From Octopus vulgaris (taxonomy: Eukaryota), in contig OX597820.1 of NCBI GenBank assembly GCA_951406725.2, positions 17,546,001-17,610,000 of the forward strand: 64,000 nucleotides of DNA, read 5' to 3'. The position numbers and the translations under genes are program-made. Under the pieces are notes generated by a model. The model was not told the DNA's origin. It made no database searches and saw nothing but the letters and a program-made list of their open reading frames with translations. Positions 1-13,639 of this stretch are shown one piece after another; the stretch's first letter is position 1, and each line of letters begins with the position of its first letter.

Positions 1-26
1 GTTTACATACAAATATTGTTTACGTA

Positions 27-191
27 GGCGTAGGAGTCGCTGTGTGGTAAGTAGCTTCATTGCGAACCACATGGTACCGGGTTCAGTCCCACTGCGTGGC
101 ACCTTGAGCGAGTGTCTTCTACTATAGCCTCGGGCCGACCAAAGCCTTGTGAATGGATTTGGTAGGCGGAAACTGAAAGAAGCCCGTCGTA

Positions 192-242
<51 letters not shown>

Positions 243-488
243 ATGTATGTATGTATGTATCGATGTATGTATGTATGTGTGTGTGTTTGTGTGTCTGTGT
301 TTGTCCCCCCAACATCGCTTGACAACCGATGCTGGTGTGTTTACGTCCCTGCAACTTAGCGGTTCGGCAAAAGAAACCGATAGTATAAGTACAAGGCTTA
401 CAAAGAATAAGTCCTGGGATCGATTTGCTCGACTAAAGGCGGTGCTCCAGCATGGCCACAGTAAAATGACTGAAACAAGTAAAAGAGT
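27..488 (+). mobile_element. SINE family A (tRNA-derived head, internal TA/TG microsatellite, tail ...gactgaaacaagtaaaag)
   Basis: A/B-box-like tgtgtggtaag...gggttcagtccc; more than 15 copies in the window. Confidence 0.85.
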
Positions 489-701
489 AATATGGCATAC
501 GTATGGACGTGATGTGTATCTATGTAACTCGGACTGTGTCATAGATGTATAGTAGATGACATATGACGGGTCCGCAATTCCAGGTTGAGCAACAATCTAA
601 TACATAAATACGAGCTAACATAAGCATCCATGCAAGCAGTCACAATCGTACACCATGTATTAGTTCAGATTTATGCATATAAATATGCATATTTATACAT
701 A

Positions 702-915
702 GGCCCAGGAGTGACTGTGTGGTAAGAAACTTGCTTCCCAACCACATGGTTCCGGGTTCGGTCCGACTGCGTGGCACCTTGGGAGAGTCTCTTCTACGAT
801 AGCCTCGGGCCGACCAAAGCCTTGAGAGTGGATTTAGTAGGCGGAAACTGAAAGAAGCCCGTCGTACATACGTATATATATATATTTATATACACGCATA
901 CATATATATATATAT

Positions 916-948
<33 letters not shown>

Positions 949-963
949 CGCACGCACACACAC

Positions 964-1046
<83 letters not shown>

Positions 1047-1138
1047 ACACACACACACACACACACATACACACACACACACACAAAAAAAACACACACA
1101 CACACACACACACAAAAAAACACACACACACACACAAA

Positions 1139-1201
<63 letters not shown>

Positions 1202-1583
1202 CATATACATAGGCGCAGGAGTGACTGTGTAGTAAGAAACTTACTTTCCAGCCACATGGTTCCGGGTTCGGTCCGACTGCGTGGCACCTTGGGAGAGTCT
1301 CTTCTACGATAGCCTCGAGCCGACCAAAGACTTGTGAGTGGGTTTAGTAGGTGGAAACTAATAGAAGCCCTAAGTACTGCCTTCCGGATTCTTGAGGCAT
1401 CCTGTGTGTCTGTGTTTGTCCCTGCACAATCGCTGACAACCGATGTTGGTGTGTAACGTACCCGGCAAAAAAGAGATCGATAGAATAAGTACTAGGCTTA
1501 CAAAGAATACGTTCGACTAAAGGCGGTGCTCCAGCATGGCCGTAGATAAATGACTGAAACAAATACTGGAATAAAAGAATAAA
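702..1583 (+). mobile_element. Two SINE-A copies (5' half at 702-866; deleted copy at 1212-1583) separated by (CA)/(TA)
   Basis: They share diagnostic variants (ggttcggtccgactgc, gggagagtctcttctacgat), suggesting a local duplication. Confidence 0.8.
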
Positions 1584-1738
1584 AAATACAAATACACTAA
1601 TATACATTATAAATATATGAATGAACGTACCTATATAAGCATTCATAATCCTATGCCATCCAACAATTCAGATCTATGCATATAAACATACATTAACAGA
1701 CAAAATACACAGACAATGCATATAGAATTTTCATATTA

Positions 1739-2130
1739 TCTCTATATATATAAAGCTGAAGTTGTCTGTGTATGGCAGGTTTGGATAGCCTTCAACTAAC
1801 ACTATCTCCTCCGAGACCCTGCGGTGCAAGTTGACCAAAATTGAGAGTATGATAGAAGAAGACTTGCTCTTCCTTCCGTAGAAGAAAAAATTCAAATCGG
1901 ACCATGTTAACACCAAAAATTATTTACATCAAAAAGGTGCTTTTTTTCTATGAAAATCCCTATTTTTTACGATTTTTTGACTGCTGCGTCGCCATTTTTC
2001 GGTGTATTTCAACCAGACAAATGTTCACTAAAAGAGAATAACAAACTACATAATGCAAAAGTTTTACTTTTCAAAAGTTCCAATTCTAAAGAGTCGAAAC
2101 AAACCCGAGCAAGCCGGGCGATACTGCTAT
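1739..2130 (+). mobile_element. Non-autonomous Helitron-like element (copy 1)
   Basis: 5' a|TCtctatatatataaagctg. 3' hairpin cccgagcaagccggg then atactgCTAT|t (CTAG in copy 2). About 390 bp. Confidence 0.7.
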
Positions 2131-2619
2131 TAATATGTAAACAAGGAGTTTATTCTCATATATATTGCTTCTTAGGAAACATTAACGTATACAGTCATAT
2201 CTACACATTTCCAAATTACATATATTTAGTAAGACCATTGTATGTTTCTGTTATCATCGTCATAAAAACTATTGATTTTACTATTTATAATTAATCATTT
2301 TTTTTTTTTTTTACTATATCGATCTGTTTACTTTGTTCAGCTACGATTTTCTTTTGTACAGTACATTATTATAACCGACTGAAAATAAAGAACAAAATAA
2401 CGGCACACAATCATAATCGATAAACAAAAATGTCACATGTAATAAACGATATCGTATATATGAATTATCAAGTCAACCTCAATATAAGCATAGAATAATG
2501 TTTGTTTGATTGGTTTCGAATAAAACAAAGGAAATTTATTTTCTAAATTGAATCAACTGTTTATTTTCATACACGTACAACCACAAACATACCGACATAC
2601 AATAGGTATACTATATATG

Positions 2620-2665
<46 letters not shown>

Positions 2666-2691
2666 GGTGTACACTCAAAGGTGTATATGTA

Positions 2692-2728
<37 letters not shown>

Positions 2729-2776
2729 GTATGTATGCGTGTATATATATATACATATATATATATGTAAGTATGC

Positions 2777-2812
<36 letters not shown>

Positions 2813-3723
2813 GCACGTGTATGTGTGTATTTATGTATATATATATACTGTGCGTGTGTATGTATGCGTGTATGTGTGTGTGTTGTAGGTGTATGTATGT
2901 ACATATTTTGTGTACGGATGTGTATAAGGGTATAGTATTGTTATTATTACTGTTGTTATTATTATTATTATTATTAGCAGCAGTAGTAGTAGTAGTAGTA
3001 GCAGTAGTAGTAGTAGTATATAGGAGTGGCAGCGCACCTAATTCTAACCTTTGATGAACGCAGCTGGATACGTATATGTGTTTGTGTGCGTGTGTATGTG
3101 TGTGTTAAAAAATATAATTTTATTTAAAAAACATAAGCCGTCCCCGGGAGATGTGTCACCACTCACCCTACTCAATACTCCCAATATACAAAACCTACAT
3201 ACAAAACCTACCAGGTACACCTCCTCACTGTCTGGCTTTTTTTTTTATCACCACCAATCCGTCATTACACCCTGAGTATTGTTTCAGGAAGTGAGCTGAG
3301 AAAAATAGATTCAAAATGGCAGCCAGTTCAGTAGGCAGAGTCACGTCTGAATAACTGAGAATTTTGAATATATATGGTTATATAAGTGTTTAAATATGTA
3401 TCAATACAGAAAATATTTTACGCACTCTGGATAAATTGTAACAATTTTTTTAAATAGAAGTAAGCACACTAATATAAAATTCCTCTCATCATTTATTTCA
3501 CCAGCGGCGAAGAATTTTAAAAATTATTCTTCTTCTCTGAAGCCCTTTCAGCGTATAAACTTTGTCGTTGCTTTGAATTATTTTGCATTATTAGAATTTT
3601 TTATTGCGCATGCTGTTCATGCTACATGTGCATACATACATATATACATACTTACACGCATATAGGTACATATATACATACACATATAGACACATACATA
3701 CGCATATACGTGTTTATTCATAC

Positions 3724-3759
<36 letters not shown>

Positions 3760-3761
<2 letters not shown>

Positions 3762-3905
3762 TCTTTTACTCTTATACATGTTTCAGTCATTTGAGTGTGG
3801 CCATGCTAGGGCACCGCCTTTAGTCGAGCAAATCGACCCCAGGACTTATTCTTTGTAAGCCTAGTACTTATTCTATCGGTCACTTTCACCGAACCACTAC
3901 AGTTA
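3760..3905 (-). mobile_element. SINE-A 3' half
   Basis: Reverse complement of the family-A tail. Confidence 0.75.
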
Positions 3906-3913
3906 CCACACAG

Positions 3914-3964
<51 letters not shown>

Positions 3965-4068
3965 TTAAAAGGGCGGGCAACAATATATATATAAGGATAT
4001 ATATATATATGCATATAGAGTGTATACTCATATAAATATATATATATATATATATATAAGAGTGTATA

Positions 4069-4116
<48 letters not shown>

Positions 4117-4117
4117 A

Positions 4118-4171
<54 letters not shown>

Positions 4172-4461
4172 ATATACATCTGTTAGGACGATTTATACCA
4201 ATACATATATATACATAAGAAGATATTTCTAAGGATTAAGATGTGCTGAGGAAGGTAAGAACTTTGAGCCAAACCAGAAACCGGTCCACATATATACCTA
4301 TTCCATTAAATATATAGTTTTATGCTATAATGGTATGTGAGAGATCTTATTATGTTCGTTCGCCTGTATACCGTTGTCTCAGTTATTTTCTGTGTAATTT
4401 TCAGTGTAATACTTTTGTACGTGATTGTATGCATATGTTTGTATGTGTGTTAGTGTGAGTA

Positions 4462-4534
<73 letters not shown>

Positions 4535-4922
4535 GTGGGGTACTGTAAATTCGAGAGAGTGATAAAGCTCTTTTGTCATAGGTGATATTTAGGGTTGAAA
4601 ATTAGCATGCAGGATACGAGACTCCATAATGATGTGAATTAATGGAAATTATTCAGTTAATGGATGTAATTAAAAATGAAGTTTCAGCAATGAAAATTTT
4701 AAGCAAATTAAAACAAGATATTATTAGCAATAAACATATGCTCATCCTCAGGTTGAAGTCAACATTTTGAACAATATAAAATCAAAATTATTCTCAGTGG
4801 TAAAAGTATAAGTGAGACCTATCTTCAACCATTACCTTTTGTGTTGATACATTAAATATATTATCGAAAATTATAGAATATAAATTCAAACGTATGCACA
4901 GTGATATGCAATATTTTTCAAC

Positions 4923-5200
4923 CCTAGCCAGGCTCATGGGCCCGGTTGCCCGGTTTCTGTGGCGTATGTGCCTCCCCCCCCCCCCCCAGCTGGACGGGGC
5001 GCCAGTCCATTGTAGTGTTATTCAAGAAACAGGAAGAAAGCTCGAGAGAAAGTTGGGGCGAAAGAGTACAACAGGGGTCGCCACCACCCGCTGCCGGAGC
5101 CTCGTAGAGCTTTAGGTTCTTTCGCTTAATAAACACACACAACGCCCGGTCTGGGAATCGAAACCGCGATCCTCCGACCGCGAGTCCACTGCCCTAACCA
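4923..5200 (-). mobile_element. SINE family C (tRNA-like head, possibly Arg-derived; G-run tail)
   Basis: Reverse complement of 51640-51935. Confidence 0.8.
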
Positions 5201-5699
5201 TTAAATATATTATCTAGTAAGATAGAACATAAAATCAGACGTATGCTCAGTGACATGGAATAAACAATTCAAGAACACAAATAATTTTGTAATACTACAG
5301 CTTATGAAGGTGGCCAGCTGGCAGGTTCATTAACAAGCCGGATAATATGCTTAGCGGCAATTCGTCCGTCTTTATGTTCTGAGTTTAAATTCCACCGGAT
5401 TCGACTTCCGCAAAAATAAGTACCAATTAAACACTGGAGTTTAAACAATGTAATCGACCTACCTCCTCCAACCTTGCAAACCTGGTGCTAGAATTTGAAA
5501 CTCGTATTACAACATATCTAAGCCATGCGAATCTCATACACATAGTGTATGTCCTCTTCCCTTGCTTGTACGAAATCCAGTGAGGACTTACTAAATCCAA
5601 TCAAAGTTTATGCCAAATTCATCATTTAGTGAATGTAAGAATCATACATAAGCTGCTTTAAGTTACATGTTTAGGTAATGCAATAATTGAACCGGCAAA

Positions 5700-5968
5700 G
5701 GCGGCGAGCTGGCAGAAACGTTAGCACGCCGGGCGAAATGCGTAGCCGTATTTTGTCTGCCGTTACGTTCTGAGTTCAAATTCCGCCGAGGTCGACTTTG
5801 CCTTTCATCCTTTCGGGGTCGATAAATTAAGTACCAGTTACGCACTGGGGTCGATGTAATCGACTTAATACCTATGTCTGTCCTTGTTTGTCCCCTCTAT
5901 GTTTAGCCCCCTGTGGGTAATAAAGAAATAGGTATTTCGTCTGCTGTTACGTTCTGAGTTCAAATTCC
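5700..5968 (+). mobile_element. SINE family B (head ggcggcgagctggcagaaacgttagc, B-box gagttcaaattcc)
   Basis: About 15 loci in the window, often multimeric. Confidence 0.8.
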
Positions 5969-6539
5969 AGATTACCACGACCTGGTAATCTTCTTAATGT
6001 TTAAACATAAAACTTAGAGTAGCATACATATAACTCCTGTATTCATTAAATGATGCTTATCCATCGCGTGATTTGTTACTTTTTTGCTGAACGAGCAAAC
6101 AAGAGAAGCGCACTCAACACACACACAAAAGCTCATAAATACAATATAATATTCAAAGGTGGATATATATATATACATATACAAGATAAGAAAATGGAGA
6201 AATACATCTAAATCAAATATCAATTACCAGATTAGATGTATTTCTCCATTTTCTTATCTTGTATTAGTAATTTGTGGTAAATCATTTTACCTTTGCCCAT
6301 ATAATACAGTAAATGAATTGATTGTATCGCAATCATTAACATTTATGTATTAACTTTGTTGGGTACTTCACTAGCAGTATATTGGATATATCTTATCCTA
6401 TGGAGGGTTGCATTTACAACCCCTATCTCAATTTCTATATATACATATATATATTCATACACTCATGCACATAATTACACGCACACACTTACATACACAT
6501 ATTCATATACACATACATACATACATACATACATACACA

Positions 6540-6619
<80 letters not shown>

Positions 6620-7108
6620 GTATTTACTTTCCAATCCTTTTAAGATTCTGAAGTGTCAAATCAACGTGTTATGGGCTTATACGAAATGATTTATATCTAA
6701 TGATTTATATCTAATTCTAGCAATTTGAATAGGAACACAGGGTTAATTAGCTGTGAAAACATTTAATTAATCTTTATCTTTGATATTCATCAATTAATAC
6801 AAATAGGAAGATGAGTAGAAGGAGAGGTCTACCCGCTGAAATTAATGCAAAAGCTTCCAAGAGTAGAAATAAAATTACATTATTACCACGAATGGAAATA
6901 AAAGGATTTTTCTAACGAGCGTTAACTGAAGCGTCAAAATTTTGGAACTACAATATATGGAATAATAAATGTATTTGCTCTTTCGCTTACTTCAGTCATT
7001 TGATTGAAGCCCATGCTGGAGCATCATTACTCTTTTGACTCATGGATAGGTTTACGGGGACATAAACTAAAAAAAGACACGTTATGTATATATATATATA
7101 TATATATA

Positions 7109-7458
7109 TTTAAAAAGGAGATGTGGAACACGAGTTGTGATATATAAAAAAGGAAATGAAGAAAATGCTGACAAAATAATTTAAGTAATTTAAGTAATTT
7201 AATTAGGTGAGAGTTCTTTTTACCGGTTGCGCATTTGTTATGCTTATCAAAAGATATTTTTTAAAGAGAGATTAGAGTTCCTTTCTGATAGATTTTTTCC
7301 TCTTATAAGAGGAAAAAATCTATCAGAAAAGAACTCTAATCTCTCTTTAAAAGATATCTTTTGATAAGCATAACAAATGCGCAACCGGTAAAAAGAACTC
7401 TCACCTAATTAAATTACTTAAATTACTTAAATTATTTTGTCAGCATTTTCTTCATTTC

Positions 7459-7470
<12 letters not shown>
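7109..7470. mobile_element. Foldback element, family F1 copy 1: about 330-bp loopless palindrome (7141-7470) plus about 32-nt one-sided tail, in (TA)n
   Basis: Centre tctta|taaga at 7305/7306. The arms differ at only about 2 internal positions. Each arm has a hammerhead-like motif (plus strand 7361-7395). Flanked by (TA)n on both sides. Confidence 0.85.
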
Positions 7471-7507
<37 letters not shown>

Positions 7508-7519
7508 AAACTTTTTTTT

Positions 7520-7702
7520 TATTCTTTTACGTGTTTCAGTCATTTGACAGCGGCCATGCCGGAGCACCTCCTTTAGTCGATTTAGATTTCTTCTTTGTAA
7601 GCCTAGTACTTCTTTTATCGATCTCTTTTGCCGAACCGCTAAGTTACGGGGACGTAAACATACCAACATCGATTGTCAGGCGATGGTGGTGGTGACACAC
7701 AC

Positions 7703-7704
<2 letters not shown>
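7520..7704 (-). mobile_element. SINE-A 3' half
   Basis: Reverse complement of the family-A tail. Confidence 0.75.
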
Positions 7705-7754
<50 letters not shown>

Positions 7755-7852
7755 AAAGGCTGATGATTAGCATCACGCTTGAAACTCGCAGTACCAGGGA
7801 ATTTGAATCAAACTGTTTTGAGTCACACACACACACACAGACACACAAACAC

Positions 7853-7964
<112 letters not shown>

Positions 7965-8194
7965 TGTGTGATGTGTCCTTGTTTTTGCCCCAAAACAGTA
8001 ACCGCCGATGTTGGTTTGTTTACCTCCCCAAAACTAGCAGTACAGCAAAATTGAACTATAGAATAAGTAACAGATTTACGAAATAAGTTTTCGGGTCAGA
8101 ATGTTTGGCTAAATCCTTCAAAACGGTGTTCCGTAGTAGTCAGAGTCTAATGAGTGAAATAAGTAAAAAATAAAAAAACAGATGAAAGATATTT

Positions 8195-8397
8195 CTCTCT
8201 TTCAATTGTTTCAGTCATTTGACTACGGCTATGCTGGAGCACCGCCTTTAATCGAGCAACTCGACCCCAGGACTTATTCTTTTGTAAGCCCAGTACTTAT
8301 TCTATCGGTCTCTTTTGCCGAGCCGCTAAGTGACGGGGACATAAACACACCAGCATCGGTTGTTAATCAATGCTAGGGGGACAAACACAGACACACA

Positions 8398-8434
<37 letters not shown>

Positions 8435-8610
8435 ACATACGACGGGCTTCTTTCAGTTTCCGTCTACCTAATCCACTCACAAGGCTTTGGTCGGCCCGAG
8501 GCTATAGTAGAAGACACTTGCCCAAGGTACCACGCAGTGGGACTGAACCCGGAACCATGTGGTTGACAAACAAGCTACTTACCACACAGCCACTCCTGTG
8601 CCACTCCTGC
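8195..8610 (-). mobile_element. SINE-A full length
   Basis: Reverse complement of 27-488. Confidence 0.85.
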
Positions 8611-8619
8611 ATAATATTC

Positions 8620-9008
8620 ATTTCAAATTTTGGCACACAGCCAGGAATTTCGGGGATGGAGGCGTCAGTCGATTAAAGCAACCCCCAGTGTTCGAGTGAT
8701 ACTTATTTTATTAACCCCGAAAGGATGAAGAACAAAGTCAACCTCAGCGGAATTTGAACTCAGAACATAGCAGCAGACGAAATACCTATTTCTTTACTAC
8801 CCACACGGGGGCTAAACACGGAGAGGACAAACACGGACAGACAAACTGAGTAAGTCGATTATATCGACCCCAGTGCGTAACTGGTACTTAATTTATTGAT
8901 GAAAGGCAAAGTCGACCTCGGCGGAATTTGAACTCAGAACGTAATGGCAGACGAAATACGGCTACGCATTTCGCCCGGCGTGCTAACGATTCTGCCAGCT
9001 CGCCGCCT
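8620..9008 (-). mobile_element. SINE-B dimer
   Basis: One head plus a repeated body unit. Confidence 0.8.
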
Positions 9009-9673
9009 AAGATATTTGTATCTCATTAGCACAGTTTTAATTGATCGCTATATGCCGCTTTTCCACACATACTTAATTTTCTTTAGATTCGATGACACTA
9101 ATTGGCAGAGATTTTGCAACTTACGGCGTTGACAGTTTTATATTTCTAAGCAAAAACAAAAACCACGAAAGAAAAAACAACAAAAAACAGAAGCAATTTC
9201 TGTCACGGATATGAAAATCTACCGAATCAAAATACTTAAGAACGTATCATGTGATTATATTTGAGACCAACTATTATATCATTCATATTTACTATAATTT
9301 TAATGAGCTTCGATAACAATATAAAACTGTCCGTTTTAAGCCGCAATGTCGTAAACACTTTTTCTCTCCTAATATATTTACGAGTAACTTACTGTGGAAT
9401 GTTTATAGCGTTTAACTTATTACCTGATAAGCGAAATAATTGTTTTGCAAGACGATCATGCCGAATAAAGATCTTGTTGGTATTCTTGGTGGATTTAGTT
9501 AGGCGAAAATAGTTATTAAAACGGCAAAGGGAAACAATTCTTAATTATATAAAATACGGGGTGATTATGTCGACCGACATGCATCAAGATGGCTGCATGT
9601 GTTTAAAAACAATGAGCCACTGCATTCACAGCGCCGGCTGTAATGTTACTCGGGTGTACATACGTATATACAT

Positions 9674-9716
<43 letters not shown>

Positions 9717-10074
9717 TATGATATATATACATGTTATATAATATATACATATACATAATATTTAAACATATATATATAAATATTATATATATACATATAC
9801 ATATATACATATATACATATATATATACATATATATACATCTATACATATATATACGTACATATATATACGTATATATATATATATATATACATATATAT
9901 ACAAATACATATACATATATATATATACATATATATATACATATATATTCATATACATATATATATACATATACATATATATATATACATATATATATAC
10001 ATATATATACATATATATATACACACACATACATATATATATGCATATATATATATATGTATATATATATATTT

Positions 10075-10226
10075 TGCTCTCATTGTTTTTTCTGTGTCCC
10101 TTTCTGTAGAAGAGCGTAGGCTCGAAACGTAAAAGACTTTTTCTATCCCTGAGCGTTATACTAATACATCTGTTTGTTTTCTACACCACCTGTCTTCGTC
10201 TTTTGTTTTTTTCGTAAACTCTCCCT
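10075..10226 (+). mobile_element. PLE-terminus-like repeat with hammerhead-like motif, ending in (TA)n (copy 1)
   Basis: CTTT-CTGTAGA-A-GAGC gtag GCTC-GAAA-CGTA-AAAG at 10100-10135; a close second copy is at 37540-37700. Confidence 0.6.
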
Positions 10227-10609
10227 ATATATATGTACATATATACATAACAGCGTTGGATTGCCTCATGTTCTATCATTAGTTTGTGTAACCTCTAGTA
10301 CAATATTTTTTTTATTTTAGAGGCTTGCAAAGTTCGCAGTATTAATCATATTGACTATAAGGTCGCGCACGCATAGTGATTCTGGAATCAGAATCTCTCC
10401 TAGTCCTGTGCATTTTGGACTGATAGCAGAGTGTTTAGAATTTTCTACGAAATTAAAATTACATATTGTTTTGTATGCTGCGTTAAAGTCTCGGTGCAAT
10501 TTTGTCAGCATCAGGGTTTTAATTACCCGTGATGCTTCGGCATCGTCAGTGTTTCTGGAAAGCGTTGGTACCTGAATGGCCGAGTGAATATCTAACAAAT
10601 CAACAAGAA

Positions 10610-11560
10610 ACAGCAGCGACCGCAGGACAATTACTTTAGGAACTCCTTTTAGGTTTAATGTCTCATTTAAGAGAGCTGTAAATTTTAAAAAGCTTGGCAG
10701 CCAATCTCTTAGAATACACCGTCAGCCGAAACTATAAACAGAAAAAAAAAAAAGGCGGAAATTTGGGATTTAAAGACAAGTGCCGGATAGAGCGATTATT
10801 TGATAAAGCGATATGATTTAGTACTTTGGTTAGAAACGAACATTCCACAAAAATCTGTCCGCTTTTCTTGATGTTAGCGTTTCACTAATCTGTTATCAGA
10901 AATTGGCAGAGTGATAGCATTTTGAAAGAAGGATGAAACAGCTTGACATGACAGAGAAACTATCTGCCAAGCATGTAGGAGAGAAAACATCACTGGTTAA
11001 AAATTCTGGACATAACAAATGACATTTAAATTTCCTTTCTTGGGTACAGCAGATTGTATCAAGTTTAATCTGATGACTGATTTTTACGATAAAAACAAGG
11101 GCAAAAGAGAAATTTCAAAAGTGAATTATTATACCAGTGTATTACATGCCGTGGGGAATGTCGATGTAATACAGTTTAGAATTTACAGCCTGGTATACTG
11201 CTTATCTGTGGATAATATTCGATCAAGAATCTCATACACTGGGGTAATTGATGGATTTACCAATGTTTCGTAACCATTAGATGTCAGAATCAATAAGGAT
11301 TTCATGATATAATGAAGATGAAAATAAAGCATTATGACGGACATTGACACAGGATAGGAGCCAGCAAATGGGTTCCATCACTGACTTGCTGGTTTTCGAA
11401 GGGATTATTAAATTATGAAAGGAAGCATAAGCTGACATCATTAACAAATCATTGGAGAATGGAGGTATTACGAAAATATTTGACTGCTCAGAAGATTAAT
11501 ATCTGTTACAGTATGACGATGACGCAGTAGATGATCTATATGTAATTACAAACAGCGATA
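10610..11560 (+). pseudogene. Highly decayed pogo/Tigger-like DDE transposase
   Basis: DET..., GEKTSLVKNSGH, GTADCIK, VIDGFTNVS*PLDVRINKDF (cf. IPGG.T..LQPLDV.VNK.FK), IINKSL..GIT..FDCSED. Confidence 0.65.
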
Positions 11561-11648
11561 ACGAAGAGAATCTATACGGTGACATCAGGAAGGTTGAGTT
11601 AATACTAAAGAGAAAGACCAATGTAAAATGGCAGAATTTTAATAAATA

Positions 11649-12021
11649 CTAGCAGTATCGCCCAGCGTTGCTCGGGTTTGTTTCGATCCTTTAGAATTGA
11701 AATTTTTGAAAAGTAAAAGTTTTGCATTATGTAGCTTGTTATTCTCGGTTGAAATACACCGAAAAATGCCGACACAGCAGTAAAAGAAATCGTAAAAAAT
11801 AGGGATTTTCATAGAAAAAAAGCATCTTTTTGATGTAAATAATTTTTGCTGTTAACATGGTCCGATTTGAATTTTTTCTCCTACGGAAGGAAGAGCAAGC
11901 CTTCTTCTATCATACTCTCAATTTTAGTCAACTTGTGTTGCAGGGTCTCGGAGAAGATAGTGTTAGTTGAAGGCTACCAAACTGTCATACACAGACAACT
12001 TCAGCTTTATATAGAGTGAGA
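11649..12021 (-). mobile_element. Non-autonomous Helitron-like element (copy 2)
   Basis: Reverse complement of 1739-2130; ends cccgagcaacgctggg-cgatactgCTAG|t; A^T insertion site, no TSD. Confidence 0.75.
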
Positions 12022-12416
12022 TTTCCTCAAATAACGTTGAAGATTTACTATGTATTACAGTGTTACATGTATTAAAATGATATTAGCTTTGATCTACAGC
12101 TTCGTATGTATAAATAAAGTTTCGAATTAACTTTCATTCATCGTCTTTATCATTTATTTCTAATATTCAAATTTGTTAATTATGCTGAATACTGCAATGA
12201 GAAATGAAAAATATAGCTACAATATACTGCATTGTTAAGGTGTGATTATAATGAGTACGACTAAAACAGCAATCGTGAATATCTATGTTCTAAGAGGAGC
12301 ATATTTACCTCTTAGAGACTTGATTGAACGGAAGATAATCATTGGTTATTAAGTATATTAGTGCGATTATCAGTATGTAAACGGATGCTGTCATACTCTT
12401 TCTTTATATCCAACTA

Positions 12417-12425
12417 TGATATATA

Positions 12426-12476
<51 letters not shown>

Positions 12477-12641
12477 GTATATATATATGTATATATATGT
12501 ATATATGTATATATATATGTATATATATATGTATATATGTATATATATATGTATATATATGTATATATGTATATATATATGTATATATATATATGTATAT
12601 ATGTATATATATGTATATATGTATATATATGTATATATGTA

Positions 12642-12684
<43 letters not shown>

Positions 12685-13142
12685 GTATATATATGTATAT
12701 ATGTATATATATGTATATATATATGTATATATATGTATATATATATATGTATATATGTATATATATGTATATATATATGTATATATGTATATATATGTAT
12801 ATATATATGTATATATATATGTATATATATGTATATATATATGTATATATATGTATATATATATGTATATATGTATATATATATGTATATATGTATATAT
12901 ATATGTATATATGTATATATGTATGTATATATATATGTATATATGTATATATATATGTATATATGTATATATGTATATATTTATATATATATATATTTAT
13001 ATATATATGCATGTATATATATATATATATATATATATTGCATTAAATATTAATGATATATTTTGTTGTCATATATCTTATATACCATCAATGCAATGTG
13101 TACATATTCACTGTATATACATATATGTATATACCATATACG

Positions 13143-13180
<38 letters not shown>
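12417..13180. repeat. Long (TA)n / (TATG) compound microsatellite
   Basis: Seen directly. Similar arrays at 9655-10072, 15860-16345, 22135-22420, 35460-36010 and 57310-57715. Confidence 0.95.
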
Positions 13181-13184
<4 letters not shown>

Positions 13185-13639
13185 TAAAGTGAGGGCGAAA
13201 AATTGAATATTAATTTGATTAACATCAATTTAAAACCAGTTGTCTAGCATATTAAGAAAATTGTATTACATACATATGAGAGGGATGACGCTTATATGGA
13301 CAACCCTTATGCTAGAAGTAGATCCGCTATGGTCTTACCACTAAATAATGTTCTCAAGAAAATTTAGCAAACACCAGAACGTAAGCGAGCAAGAAAAATG
13401 AAAAGTAACAAAAATATAGATTAACCATAAACATGTTTCACTATTAACAGTTACGTAATTTTACTTACGCAATTTTTCCGTAGATCTTCAGTATGTTCGT
13501 CGTTGCAAATATAATTTGCAGAACTATACACGAAACGTCCGCATAAGGTTGGATATGTATATAGTTCTACCTTATACACTTGTGGTTATTTTTCAAAATC
13601 TTCGTTTTGGTGTGCTAAAATACCGGAAATCATACTGCA

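Noticed and set aside
4240-4262. Donor site (AAG|GTAAGA) of the neuropeptide's upstream non-coding exon
   Set aside because: A single consensus match 12 kb upstream with no supporting promoter evidence; the first exon cannot be placed from sequence alone.
12361-13180. Long ORFs of 200-250 aa rich in Y/I/C/M/V, and dozens like them across the window
   Set aside because: They are translations of (TA)n, (CA)n and (GATA)n microsatellites, which lack stop codons.
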